Assembly (NCBI GenBank): GCA_963828525.1
Contig: CAWHEP010000007.1
Span: 46,200 to 110,199 of the forward strand
Direction of reading: 5' to 3'
Origin: an uncultured Verrucomicrobiae bacterium
GTDB lineage: Bacteria > Verrucomicrobiota > Verrucomicrobiia > Chthoniobacterales > Chthoniobacteraceae
Length of the DNA stretch: 64,000 nucleotides
This document shows positions 55,354 to 63,916 of the stretch, one piece after another. The notes under the pieces are model-generated. The model had not been told where the DNA came from. It saw only the letters and a list, made by a program, of their open reading frames with translations, and did not search any database. Made by a program: the position numbers and the translations under genes. Numbering within the stretch: position 1 is the first letter of the stretch; every line of letters starts with the position of its first letter.

Positions 55354-56139
55354 ATGCGCCCCGAACCGCCAGCCAGACCATATGTGTCGGTGATCATCCC
55401 CACCTTCCAAGAAGCGGGCGCTCTCGCGGACACAATCGCCAGCGTCTTCTGTCCCGCGATAGAGGCGGAAATCATCGTCGTCGACGCGGCAAGCTCGGAT
55501 GGCACGCCGCAAATTGCCGAGCGCGCTGGCTGCCGCGTCATCGCGGAAGCCCCGCGCCAGCGCGCCGCTCAGATGAACCTCGGCGCCCGCGCCGCCGCCG
55601 GCGACGTGCTCCTCTTTCTGCACGCCGACACCCGCCTCCCATCCGGCGCGTTGCTCGCCATTCGCGAAGCCCTGCGCGACCCGCGCGTCCCCGGCGGAGC
55701 CTTTGCGCGGCGCTACGATTCACCGTCCCGGGTGCTCGCCGTCACGTGCCAGCTCGCGGCCCTGCGCAACCGTTGGCTCGGCTGGCATCTCGGCGATCAG
55801 GCGATGTTCGTGCGCAGTCAAGTCTTCCACCGCTGCGGCGGCTTTGTGGAAGTGGATCGTTTTGAAGATCTAGACTTCTCCCGCCGTCTAGGAAGATGCG
55901 GGCCGCTAGCCACGCTGCGTCCGCCAGTCATCTCATCCGCGCGCCGCTTCGTAAAGCGCGGCCCAATACTAGGCACCTTGCGCGACGTATTTCTCACCTG
56001 CCGCTATCTAGCGTATGGACTCGGCACCCAACCCGTCCCATCTCAACCCGCAAGCCCATATCCCATTGCGCCCCGCCCCCCGCCCCGCGCTCACCCCTTC
56101 GTGAAGAAACTTTTCTCCGCCCGCCAAAGCCGCTCTTGA
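55354..56139 (+). CDS. GT2 glycosyltransferase, TIGR04283-like
   Basis: SVIIPT, VVD..SSDGT, RAAQMNLGA, LFLHADT, GDQAMFV, EDLDFSRRL, SSARRF. Confidence 0.88.
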   Translation: MRPEPPARPYVSVIIPTFQEAGALADTIASVFCPAIEAEIIVVDAASSDGTPQIAERAGCRVIAEAPRQRAAQMNLGARAAAGDVLLFLHADTRLPSGALLAIREALRDPRVPGGAFARRYDSPSRVLAVTCQLAALRNRWLGWHLGDQAMFVRSQVFHRCGGFVEVDRFEDLDFSRRLGRCGPLATLRPPVISSARRFVKRGPILGTLRDVFLTCRYLAYGLGTQPVPSQPASPYPIAPRPPPRAHPFVKKLFSARQSRS

Positions 56140-56874
56140 AAAACGGGCTCGCCAGATATTGGAAGTGGCTCGCCGCGATCCTTGTATTCATCGCCGTCTC
56201 CGCCGCCGCGAAACATTATCTTCCGTTCGACGTCTGGATGAAAGCGCTCAGCGCGTGGGTTGAGACGCTAGGCCCAAGTGGCGTCGTGGTTTTCGCCCTC
56301 ATCTACGCGCTCGCGACCGTGCTTTTCGTCCCCGGCTCCGTCCTCACGCTAGCGGCGGGACTCATCTTCGGTGTCCGACTCGGCCTGGTAGCCGCGTGGT
56401 CCGGAGCCGTCCTCGGCGCATCGCTAGCCTTTCTGATAGGCCGTTATCTGGCGCGCGAGAAAATCGAGGAGAAAACAAAGGGAAACGAAAAGTTCAAAGC
56501 CATCGACGAAGCCATCGGCAAACAAGGCTGGAAGATCATTCGGCCTCCTGCGGCTAAGCCCGCTCATTCCCTTCAACGTCAGCAACTATTTCTACGGCAT
56601 CACAAAGATCGCCTTCTGGCCATACGTCCTCGCCAGCGCCGTCGGAATGCTGCCAGGCGCGCTCCTCTACACCTATCTAGGCGCGGCAGGAAAGGCCAGC
56701 CTGGGCAGCAGCGCCAAGTCCCCGCTGGAATGGGCCTTCCTAGCCCTGGGCCTCATCGCCACCCTAGCCGTCACAATCTGGGTAAGCCGCATCGCCAAGA
56801 ACGCCCTCAGCAACAACCCCAACCCCGCTATCAACGCCCAAGTAGGGAAACCCAGCAGGGACGCCTCGCCGTAG
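56136..56874 (+). CDS. TVP38/TMEM64 (SNARE-associated/DedA-like) membrane protein; frameshift near 56540
   Basis: FVPGSVLTLAAGLIFG, GASLAFLIGRYLAR, then LLRLSPLIPFNVSNYFYG, GMLPGALLYTYLG. Confidence 0.88.
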
Positions 56875-57153
56875 GCGTCCGCAACCTCTGTACGCCCAGC
56901 AACGAACCCGCAAGGACAAACTCCGATTGCGCGCCCGCGCCACTTCCGTCCCAAGTTGCACTTGGTCACGAATTGTCTTCGAAGTTTACTTCGCTCCCCG
57001 TCCAGGGCGACGCCTCGCCGTAGGCGTCCGCCACCTCTGTACGCCCAGCAACGAACCCGCACAGAACAACCTCCCCTCCGCGCGCCAGCGCCACATCCGA
57101 CCCCCCGCAATCCACGCCTGCACAACTACCCTCCCCCAGAAAAACCTCCCCAA

Positions 57154-57756
57154 TCACGACCCCTGCGGCTCCGAATCATAATGCCGGAATAGGTAACTGA
57201 GATATCCAAACACCTCACGGGGCGCTGAGTAAATGTCCCTCGCCTCAAACAGATGCGCGTGGGCTGAATAGAGCTGAGAAATGCCAAAGCGCCTTAAAGC
57301 CATCCGCGCGCGGGGAAGATGGAAGTACTGCGAAATCACGAAAACGCTTTTCAGATTCTCGCGCCGAACAATCTGAAGTGTGTTCCTGGCGCTCGCAAAT
57401 GTAGTCGCGCCGCCACTGTCCACGATCACGCGCCCCTGTGGAACGCCATGGGACACCAGGTAATCTTTCATCACCAATGCTTCGTCGTAACCTTCCTTTC
57501 CAACGCCCCCGCTTGCGATAACTCGCGGAAAGTAACCGTCCCGGTATAAGTCCACGGTTTCATCAAGCCGGCCACGAAGTGACGGTGAAGGCGTGCCATC
57601 CAGTTCAACCTTGCTGCCGAGCACCAGGCCGATATCGGCTTTCCCAAGGTGATCTTTAAGACCGGCCACAACAATGCAGGCCGTTCCAACCAGAGTCAGT
57701 CCAACGAAAGCGCCCAGTGCAACAAGCAAATATTTTCTTGTCCGTGATCGTTGCAT
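57154..57756 (-). CDS. YdcF/SanA (DUF218) family protein
   Basis: LVLG..., PSPSLRGRLD, IASGG, DEALVM, TFASARN, SQYFHLPRA, REV. Confidence 0.88.
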   Translation of the reverse strand: MQRSRTRKYLLVALGAFVGLTLVGTACIVVAGLKDHLGKADIGLVLGSKVELDGTPSPSLRGRLDETVDLYRDGYFPRVIASGGVGKEGYDEALVMKDYLVSHGVPQGRVIVDSGGATTFASARNTLQIVRRENLKSVFVISQYFHLPRARMALRRFGISQLYSAHAHLFEARDIYSAPREVFGYLSYLFRHYDSEPQGS

Positions 57757-57959
57757 AATTTTTCCTCAGAATGTATCGGGACTATACGATCCCCCCGCCG
57801 CGACCTTTTCTTCAATGGTGACGGTGCTCACGTAGAGATGGCTCTCGTCCTCCCGGAGTCATGCGTCCTTTTGCAAAGTCTTTTTTGCCGCTACGGGCGT
57901 CGCTTTCGCGCCACCTTAAACCGTTACGGTAATACAGTCTCCTGGGAACTCGCTCGTTT

Positions 57960-58162
57960 TGCCTTTTTTCAATGTGGATATAGAAAATTGGGATTTGATA
58001 GCCACGCAGGAGCGAGTCAATAAGCCCTTGTTTTTGCGTAAGCGTCCACTGCAGACCACGTTGATAATCCGCATTGACGCGCAAGTCTTTGTTGACGTAA
58101 GCGGTGCGTAAACTTTCTAGAGAATGGGTCTTGAGTCTTGAGTTCATATCGTCACAGATCAT
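57960..58162 (-). pseudogene. N-terminal fragment of a DUF262 (ParB/GmrS-like) protein
   Basis: VNADYQRGLQWTLTQKQGLIDSLLRGYQIPIFY; similarity ends before the expected DGQQR motif. Confidence 0.75.
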
Positions 58163-58332
58163 TGTGCTTCGCCTGAATCAGAGAACGCTGGTAAGTGTCG
58201 TACATGGCGGAAGTTATGTCAGGATGGAGGTTTGTTTGCGGGCTGGATGATCACGACCGCTACCAGAGCGGGAAATTCAATACAAGCATCAGATGTCCAC
58301 GGTCACGCGATGTGAGGCAGCACCAAAAAAAA

Positions 58333-59613
58333 GGTTCTTCGAGTAAAAGCGTGGGATTTGTTAGTGGGTTCGGCAAGATGGAGGGATGCGAGACACGGAA
58401 TTTTTTGCGAAGGCGCTAGGCTTGGAAAAGCCATGGCAAGTGGGATCAGTGAAGATGGACATGGCAGGGAAGCGAGTGGAAGTGGAGGTTGAGTGTGGGA
58501 CCGGAACGGTGTGGGCTTTGGAAGGGGAACGGCTGCACATCCACGGTTATGAAATGAGGCAGTGGCGGCATTTGGACACGATGCAGTTTGAAACGATCAT
58601 CAAAGCGCGGGTACCGCGAGTGAAGCATCCGGATGGGCGCACGGAGATGGTGAGCGTTCCATGGGCAGATGCGCGCAGCCGCTTTACGCTCTTGTTGGAA
58701 GTATGGGCAGTGGAGGTGATCCAGGCCAGCCGCAGTTTGACGCAGGCTTCGGAGTTGTTGAGGATGAGTTGGAGCCAGGTGCAGGCCATCATGGAACGAG
58801 CGGTAAGCAGAGGGATGGAAAGGAGGAGTGTGGAAGAGTTGCGTCACGTTGGGATGGACGAGAAGAGCTTTGGCAGCGGGCAATCATACATATCGCTGAT
58901 GACCGATTTAGAAGGAGGGAGGGTTTTGGAGGTGATGGAAGGCCGCGACAGATCGGCGGCGGACATGCTCTGGGCGAGCCTGCCTGATGAGCAACTGGAG
59001 AAGATTGAGGCGGTGGCTCTGGATATGGCCGGCTACTATGTGGAAAGCGCTCGGGAAGCGGTGCCGGGGGCTGCCATCGTGCATGACAAGTTCCACATCT
59101 CGAAGCATCTTGGGGAGGCTGTGGACAAGGTGAGGAGAGCAGAAAACAAGCAACTGCGGGAGGAGGGCGAAGAGACACTCAAAGGCACGCGGATGCTGTG
59201 GCTCAAAGGCTTCGAGAAGATGGATGCCGATCAACAAGCCAGCTTCAGGCGGCTCAAGGCGATGAACTTGAAAGTCTCGCGGGCCTGGGCGATCAAGGAA
59301 CTCTTCAAGGAGTTTTGGTATTACTACTATCCCGGCAGCGCCCGCCGCTTCTTCAAGAAATGGTTTGGCTGGGCGAGCCGCAGCAAGCTCAGGCCGGTCA
59401 TCGCAGTCGCGCGAATGCTGAAGAACCATTTGGAAAACATGCTGACCTACATGCGTCATCCGATCACGAACGCCGTAACCGAAGGACTCAACTCAAAAAT
59501 CCAAGCGATTAAATCAAACGCGCGAGGCTTTCGCTCCTTCTTTAACTACCGCACCCGCATCCTCTTCTTCTGTGGAAAGCTGGATCTCATCCCACGCTAA
59601 ACTCCGAAGAACG
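58333..59613 (+). mobile_element. ISL3-family insertion sequence
   Basis: IRL GGTTCTTCGAGTAAAAGCGTGGGAT and IRR (reverse complement CGTTCTTCGGAGTTTAGCGTGGGAT), 18/25 matches; no clear target-site duplication. Confidence 0.88.
58386..59600 (+). CDS. ISL3 transposase
   Basis: RQWRHLD, VPWA...SRFT, GMDEKSF, ALDM, HDKFH, TNAVTEGLNSKIQAIK..ARGFRSF. Confidence 0.95.
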   Translation: MRDTEFFAKALGLEKPWQVGSVKMDMAGKRVEVEVECGTGTVWALEGERLHIHGYEMRQWRHLDTMQFETIIKARVPRVKHPDGRTEMVSVPWADARSRFTLLLEVWAVEVIQASRSLTQASELLRMSWSQVQAIMERAVSRGMERRSVEELRHVGMDEKSFGSGQSYISLMTDLEGGRVLEVMEGRDRSAADMLWASLPDEQLEKIEAVALDMAGYYVESAREAVPGAAIVHDKFHISKHLGEAVDKVRRAENKQLREEGEETLKGTRMLWLKGFEKMDADQQASFRRLKAMNLKVSRAWAIKELFKEFWYYYYPGSARRFFKKWFGWASRSKLRPVIAVARMLKNHLENMLTYMRHPITNAVTEGLNSKIQAIKSNARGFRSFFNYRTRILFFCGKLDLIPR

Positions 59614-59770
59614 CAAAGGAGCGCCGAGCCAACCGGGGGCCGCAACGTGGAAGCAACCGAGCGCAGTAGCACCAAGCAACGCGACAAGCCAACCAGAGGC
59701 CACGGAGTGCCGTTGACCGCGAATTGCTCGCAAAGGCTCGCTCTAGAATGGTGGCAATTACTTCAGGCAT
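59614..59770 (-). pseudogene. Cassette 6 ORF (membrane-protein start) cut by ISL3
   Basis: ATG about 10 nt after GTTAGGC: MPEVIATILERAFASNSRSTALRG... then hydrophobic; ends at the IS boundary. Confidence 0.55.
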
Positions 59771-59780
59771 ACGCGGAGTG

Positions 59781-59909
59781 GCCTAACGAGACCAAGATAA
59801 GCTACGGCCACTGGGACAAAGACAAGACCGCAGTGAAAGGCAAATAGCGCCCAGAAAAGCATCTCCAAGGCGCACCGCAGTGGCCGTTAGCTTCATCGTT
59901 TGGTTAGGC
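59781..59909 (-). other. attC site (129 bp, divergent type)
   Basis: Minus strand GCCTAAC...AAGCTAACGGCCACTG...CAGTGGCCGTAGCTT...GTTAGGC. Confidence 0.85.
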
Positions 59910-59981
59910 GCAGCGGCGGATAACATGAAAAGCGTAGAACTAGAATGACTAAATGCGTGGATCGCGAAGGGTGCATCCAAA

Positions 59982-60293
59982 CTATCTCTTCCGCAAATTG
60001 TCGTTGGCGTTTTTGGTGAGCAAAAAGAAAACCGTGAAAACGCTGAAGAACAAGCCGAGGAAAAACCAGAGCCATGCGCTGCGTCCGGTGTTCTGCGCCC
60101 AGAGCGCGCAAAAGGCACCGAATAGAATCAAAACCAAGCCGGTATCGCCAGCGTCTTTAACGTCATGGTCCAGCTTGGCCATGTGCTGCTCTAGCTGTGA
60201 GATGCGGTAGCTATCGGTCTGTTGTGCTGGTGCGACCCTCGTAATGCAGGTGAGCAACAAGGCGATGATAAGAAAGAGCCGGGTGGGTTTCAT
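59982..60293 (-). CDS. Cassette 5: small signal-peptide plus two-TM protein
   Basis: MKPTRLFLIIALLL...GAFCALWAQNTGRSAWLWFFLGLFF; fills the inter-attC space. Confidence 0.75.
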   Translation of the reverse strand: MKPTRLFLIIALLLTCITRVAPAQQTDSYRISQLEQHMAKLDHDVKDAGDTGLVLILFGAFCALWAQNTGRSAWLWFFLGLFFSVFTVFFLLTKNANDNLRKR

Positions 60294-60311
60294 AAACGAT
60301 GTGGTAGCGGC

Positions 60312-60415
60312 GCCTAACGGACTCAAGCTCAGCGACAGAGGCTGGCGAAGTCAAGCGTGGAACTCGGAAGAAGGCCTGAACGCCAGCCTCTGTTCGCTGG
60401 AGCGCGTGGTTAGGC
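60312..60415 (-). other. attC site (104 bp)
   Basis: Minus strand GCCTAACCACGCGCTCCAGCGAAC...GTCGCTGAGCTTG...CGTTAGGC. Confidence 0.9.
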
Positions 60416-60465
60416 GTGACGGAAGTCTGCTGTGTATCTTCAGCCCTGAGAAGACGGCTCACAGC

Positions 60466-60774
60466 TCAGCGAGGAACATCACCGTGACCGCGAGGAGATA
60501 GATAGCGAAAGTCGCCAGCGGTGCTCACCCAGAAAATGACTGGACGTGTGTGTCGACTGCAGAAACCAACACGGAGAATGAAGGCTTCGCCACCCATAAT
60601 GTTACTCCAAAAGGAACCACCGAAAATCACTGAAACCGCCAAAGTGATGAGACTCACACCCCATACGTGGTGAACTACCCCTTGCCAAACATAACCTGAC
60701 AGGCAAGTAAGGAGCATTGCTACTGGCGTCAGATTGTTCCAGTGAATGGAACGATTGTGAAGCGCGCCGCTCAC
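60466..60774 (-). CDS. Cassette 4: small membrane protein (3' end probably frameshifted)
   Basis: Hydrophobic 102-aa ORF between attC sites. Confidence 0.55.
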   Translation of the reverse strand: MSGALHNRSIHWNNLTPVAMLLTCLSGYVWQGVVHHVWGVSLITLAVSVIFGGSFWSNIMGGEAFILRVGFCSRHTRPVIFWVSTAGDFRYLSPRGHGDVPR

Positions 60775-60834
60775 GGGATGTTCTCGTGATAGGGAAGACG
60801 GTTACATTGGAATTCGTTCGCAATGGAAATGGTG

Positions 60835-60937
60835 GCCTAACGACTCCAAGCTCAGCGACGGAGGCTGGCCAAGTCAAGGCTGGAACTCGGAGAAGACCCG
60901 ACGGCCAGCCTCCGTTCGCTGGAGCGCGTGGTTAGGG
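60835..60937 (-). other. attC site (103 bp)
   Basis: Same arms as its neighbours, with a compensatory G-C pair (GACGGAGG/CCTCCGTTC). Confidence 0.9.
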
Positions 60938-61378
60938 GCTGGCGGGTGAAGGTGGACGCGCGCAGCGAATCTGAAGAAACTGAAGCTCGGCGGCTTGGAC
61001 GGCGGCATCAAGAGGACCGATGGGCGAGAAAGCTGCCGCGAGAACAGGGAAGCTCCGCCCCAAGGAGACGCTCGCCGCAGATGGCAGCCTCCTCGGCCAT
61101 CCAGCCACGAGGTAGGCGACAGAACACGACCCAGCGGAGACGCGGCTCTAGGACAGAGCGAACCAGGTCGGGCGGCGAGACGTGGGCCGGCAATGCGAGC
61201 ATGCGACGGGTGCGGCTGCCGACGGAGCGGATCGAGGCAGCGCTGAATGAGACGAGGACGACAAGGAACATACTGAGGCGCCCTCAGCTTGTCGCTACAG
61301 GGATGCACAGACTGCCACGGAGAACAGATGGCTACGGGCGATGCTGCACGTCGATGCACGTGGCATGACGGGCAGAGC

Positions 61379-61481
61379 ACCTAACGAACTCAAGCTCAGC
61401 GACAGAGGCTGGCGAAGAAAGACGTGGAATACAGAAAAAGCCCAACCGCCAGCCTCTGTTCGCTGGAGCGCGTGGTTAGGC
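61379..61481 (-). other. attC site (103 bp)
   Basis: Plus strand ACCTAAC...CAAGCTCAGCGACAGAGGCTGGC...GCCAGCCTCTGTTCGCTGGAGCGCGTGGTTAGGC. Confidence 0.9.
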
Positions 61482-61726
61482 GGCGGTGGCAACGGCTGCC
61501 TGTCCGATGCTGGTGATGAGCAGTACCGAGAGGAAGTGCGTCTGTCCATCCGGCTCCTCAATGATGACCTGCGGCACCTCGGTGGAGGAAAAACCAGTTC
61601 ACAAAATCCGGGTGCTCGCTCAACACGGCAGGATACTCGTGGCCATCGGCCATGCGGATGACGAAGGGCTGAAAAGGAGTGGCTTGCAGCAAGGCGCGAA
61701 TGCGGGCTTTTATGGCGGGTGATCAT
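61476..61726 (-). CDS. Cassette 2: small hypothetical protein (frameshifted)
   Basis: Reconstructed ...IRALLQATPFQPFVIRMADGHEY..EHPDFV...QVIIEEPDGQTHFLSVLLITSI...; stop codon lies inside the attC R'' box. Confidence 0.6.
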
Positions 61727-61769
61727 AGCGCGAAATCGGGGCGGCGTCCAGAGGCCGAGGATCGTAGCC

Positions 61770-61872
61770 GCCTAACGAATCCAAGCTCAGCGACAGAGGC
61801 TGGCCACGCAAGGGGTGGATACAAGAGAAGACCCGACCGCCAGCCTCTGTTCGCTGGAGCGCGTGGTTAGGC
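61770..61872 (-). other. attC site (103 bp)
   Basis: Same conserved arms; GCCTAAC and GTTAGGC ends. Confidence 0.9.
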
Positions 61873-62131
61873 GGGGGGCGTGTCACCGCAGAGATGCAGC
61901 TTCTGGAGCAGGTAAGTCGCTGCCCACCGCTCGAAAACAGACCGGAAGATGGCCAAGCCTGCCAGAGCAGACATGATGGCGCGCTCAGTTGCCGACCTTG
62001 TGCGACTCAAGATAGGAAAGCATGCGCTCCGCTGTCTCGTTGCCTGACTCTCGCAAATGAGCGGACCCACCGATCACATCCAGTCGCTCAAGGATGAAGT
62101 CGGCAGTCATGATTACGCGTGGTGTTTGCAT
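61867..62131 (-). CDS. Cassette 1: small hypothetical protein (one probable frameshift)
   Basis: ATG 1 nt after GTTAGGC (MQTPRVIMTADFILERLD...); a second frame ends at the TAA in R''. Confidence 0.5.
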
Positions 62132-62132
62132 C

Positions 62133-62168
62133 GCCTAACAAGATTTAGGCGAAAGTCCATTTCGCCTA
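62133..62168 (-). other. attI site candidate
   Basis: Minus strand GCCTAAA-TCTT-GTTAGGC (compare attI1 CCCTAAA-ACAAA-GTTRRRY), about 50 bp upstream of intI. Confidence 0.75.
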
Positions 62169-62216
62169 TTTCGGCTCGCAGTGAGGAATGCGTCGTGGTA
62201 AAGCGAAGACACGCCG

Positions 62217-63197
62217 ATGATGCTCCCATATCAAAACGAAGCTCGCAAGCCGAAACTTCTCGACCGGGTACGGGAGTTGATGCGCCTCAAGCATTACAGC
62301 CTGCGCACCGAAAAGACGTACGGAGAATGGATTCGCCGTTACATCCTCTACCACGGCAGGCGGCATCCTCGCGAGATGGGCGCGGAGGAGGTCACCGCGT
62401 TTCTGACCCATCTCGCCGCTGAGAGGGATGTCGCGGCCTCGACGCAAAACCAGGCGCTCAGCGCCCTGCTGTTTCTCTACGGCGAGGTCCTCGAGGTGAA
62501 GCTGCCCTGGCTGAGTGAAATCCAACGGGTAACCCGCCCCGCCAGGCTGCCGGTGGTTCTGACCCGGGAAGAAGTCAAGAGCGTTCTGGCGGCTCTTCGG
62601 GGCGAATACCGGCTGATGGCCGACCTGCTCTACGGGAGCGGGTTGCGGCTCCTGGAGTGTCTGCGGTTGCGGGTGAAGGATGTGGATTTTGGCTATCTGC
62701 AAATCACGGTGCGTGACGGGAAAGGGGGCAAGGAGCGCGTGACGGTGCTGCCCGTCAGCCTGGCGCCGGCGATTCACGAGCATCTGGAGGGGGTTAAAAA
62801 GCTGCACGCGGCCGATCTGGCCGCCGGGTTTGGCCGGGTGATGCTGCCCGAGGCGCTGGATCGCAAATACCCGAAGGCTCCGGAAGAGTGGGCCTGGCAG
62901 TGGGTGTTTCCGGCAGCCCAGCTTTCCACCGATCCCGTGACGGGAATCAAGCGGCGGCATCATGTGCTGGAAAAGAACCTCCAGAACGCGGTGAAAGCGG
63001 CCGCGCGCAAGTCGGGCATCGCAAAGCATGTGACGCCGCACGTCTTCCGGCACTGCTTTGCCACGCATCTGCTGGAGGCGGGCTATGACATCCGCACCGT
63101 GCAGGAACTGCTTGGGCATAAAGAGGTGAGCACCACGATGATCTACACGCACGTCTTGAACCGCCCCGGTCTGGCGGTGCGCTCGCCGCTGGATTAA
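62217..63197 (+). CDS. intI: Integron integrase
   Basis: [33 protein letters not shown], integron-specific insert [10 protein letters not shown]...WQWVFPA...[19 protein letters not shown]...TMIYTH; open frame. Confidence 0.97.
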   Translation: MMLPYQNEARKPKLLDRVRELMRLKHYSLRTEKTYGEWIRRYILYHGRRHPREMGAEEVTAFLTHLAAERDVAASTQNQALSALLFLYGEVLEVKLPWLSEIQRVTRPARLPVVLTREEVKSVLAALRGEYRLMADLLYGSGLRLLECLRLRVKDVDFGYLQITVRDGKGGKERVTVLPVSLAPAIHEHLEGVKKLHAADLAAGFGRVMLPEALDRKYPKAPEEWAWQWVFPAAQLSTDPVTGIKRRHHVLEKNLQNAVKAAARKSGIAKHVTPHVFRHCFATHLLEAGYDIRTVQELLGHKEVSTTMIYTHVLNRPGLAVRSPLD

Positions 63198-63296
63198 AAA
63201 CGCGTGGCCGGTTGATTGAGGAATCTATTTTTGCAACTAAATATGCAACTTGTTCCTGCCTGACACTTTCCACGTTCTGTGATTCAGGAGGAGCTT

Positions 63297-63594
63297 TTAG
63301 TGTCGGAGACGTCGTAATATCTGCTGCTCATCCTTTCGTAAGTCGAGAATCGCGGTAACTAAAATTCGCGTGGGCTGAGGCTCGTAAAAGATACCGTATG
63401 GAAATCTCTGAATCACCTGTCGGCGAACGCTTCAAGGTAGTTAGTTAAATCTCAGGAAAAACAGCGATACGAGCGAGATAAGCGTCAACGACTGTCATGA
63501 ACTCCATGCCAAATCCATCTCTGTAATCTTCAAATCGGTCGAAGGTCTCCTGCAAATCGGCATCTGCTCCAGAGGACTCGACGCGCAGACTCAT
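63297..63594 (-). pseudogene. ParE/RelE-family toxin, disrupted in this sequence
   Basis: ADADLQETFDRFEDYRDGFGMEF...RIAVFPEI* then, in another frame, VRRQVIQRFPYGIFYE...ILVTAILDLRK. Confidence 0.75.
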
Positions 63595-63812
63595 CGCGAT
63601 GCGAGAATGCGCGCCTTAACGTCCTCCCATGCAACTGCGTCTTCGGGGTGCTGGCGGTAATGCTCCAGGCGCTCTCGAAGAAGCTTGATATGGTCCTCCC
63701 GTGGCGGAAAAGCGTTGGGTTGTACAGCAAGCTCATCCCAAAGCTCGCCGACAAGAATCAGCTTCTCCTCTGGTGAGAGGCTCTTCAGTTCCGGGATTGT
63801 TTCTGCGATCAT
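63591..63812 (-). CDS. Addiction-module antitoxin (TIGR02574-like)
   Basis: LSPEEKLILVGELWDEL...LLRERLEHY...VAWEDVKARIL; ATGA overlap with the toxin. Confidence 0.88.
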   Translation of the reverse strand: MIAETIPELKSLSPEEKLILVGELWDELAVQPNAFPPREDHIKLLRERLEHYRQHPEDAVAWEDVKARILASR

Positions 63813-63887
63813 GCGTGAACCCTCGTTTAAGAAAGCCGTTCGCTCAAGATTAAAGCGTGTGCGGCTCAGCGCCCTACGGGTTGCGCC

Positions 63888-63916
63888 GCCTAACGAGAAC
63901 AAGATCATGTTTAGGC
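63888..63916 (-). other. 29-bp truncated attC or attI-like site
   Basis: Minus strand GCCTAAAC-ATGATCTTGTTCTC-GTTAGGC; its 3' part matches the 3' end of the 59781 attC. Confidence 0.6.

Larger units (their letters stand above)
59614..63197. mobile_element. Integron: intI (+), attI and minus-strand cassette array of at least six cassettes
   Basis: Integron integrase divergent from attI; five attC sites at 390-550 bp spacing. Confidence 0.92.

Noticed and set aside
55354..56139. Arsenosugar biosynthesis cluster
   Set aside because: Only the TIGR04283-like glycosyltransferase is present; no radical SAM, methyltransferase or TIGR04282 partner nearby.
5318..56874. Widespread frameshifts read as pseudogenes or programmed frameshifting
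   Set aside because: They hit housekeeping genes (sufB, sufC, sufD) and cluster regionally (44-50 kb) without consistent slippery sites; more consistent with long-read indel errors.
58196..58224. dif-like or half-attC site (GTCGTACATGG-CGGAAG-TTATGTCAGGA)
   Set aside because: Only TTATGT resembles a XerD arm and there is no complementary arm for an attC; too weak to call.
60312..61872. Regularly spaced repeats as a CRISPR array
   Set aside because: Repeats are ~103-bp hairpins with RYYTAAC/GTTRRRY ends, separated by 290-440 bp and next to intI; these are attC sites, and no cas genes are present.
62166..63152. 328-aa antisense ORF over intI (and similar long antisense ORFs elsewhere)
   Set aside because: Shadow frames expected from GC-rich codon usage; no protein motifs.
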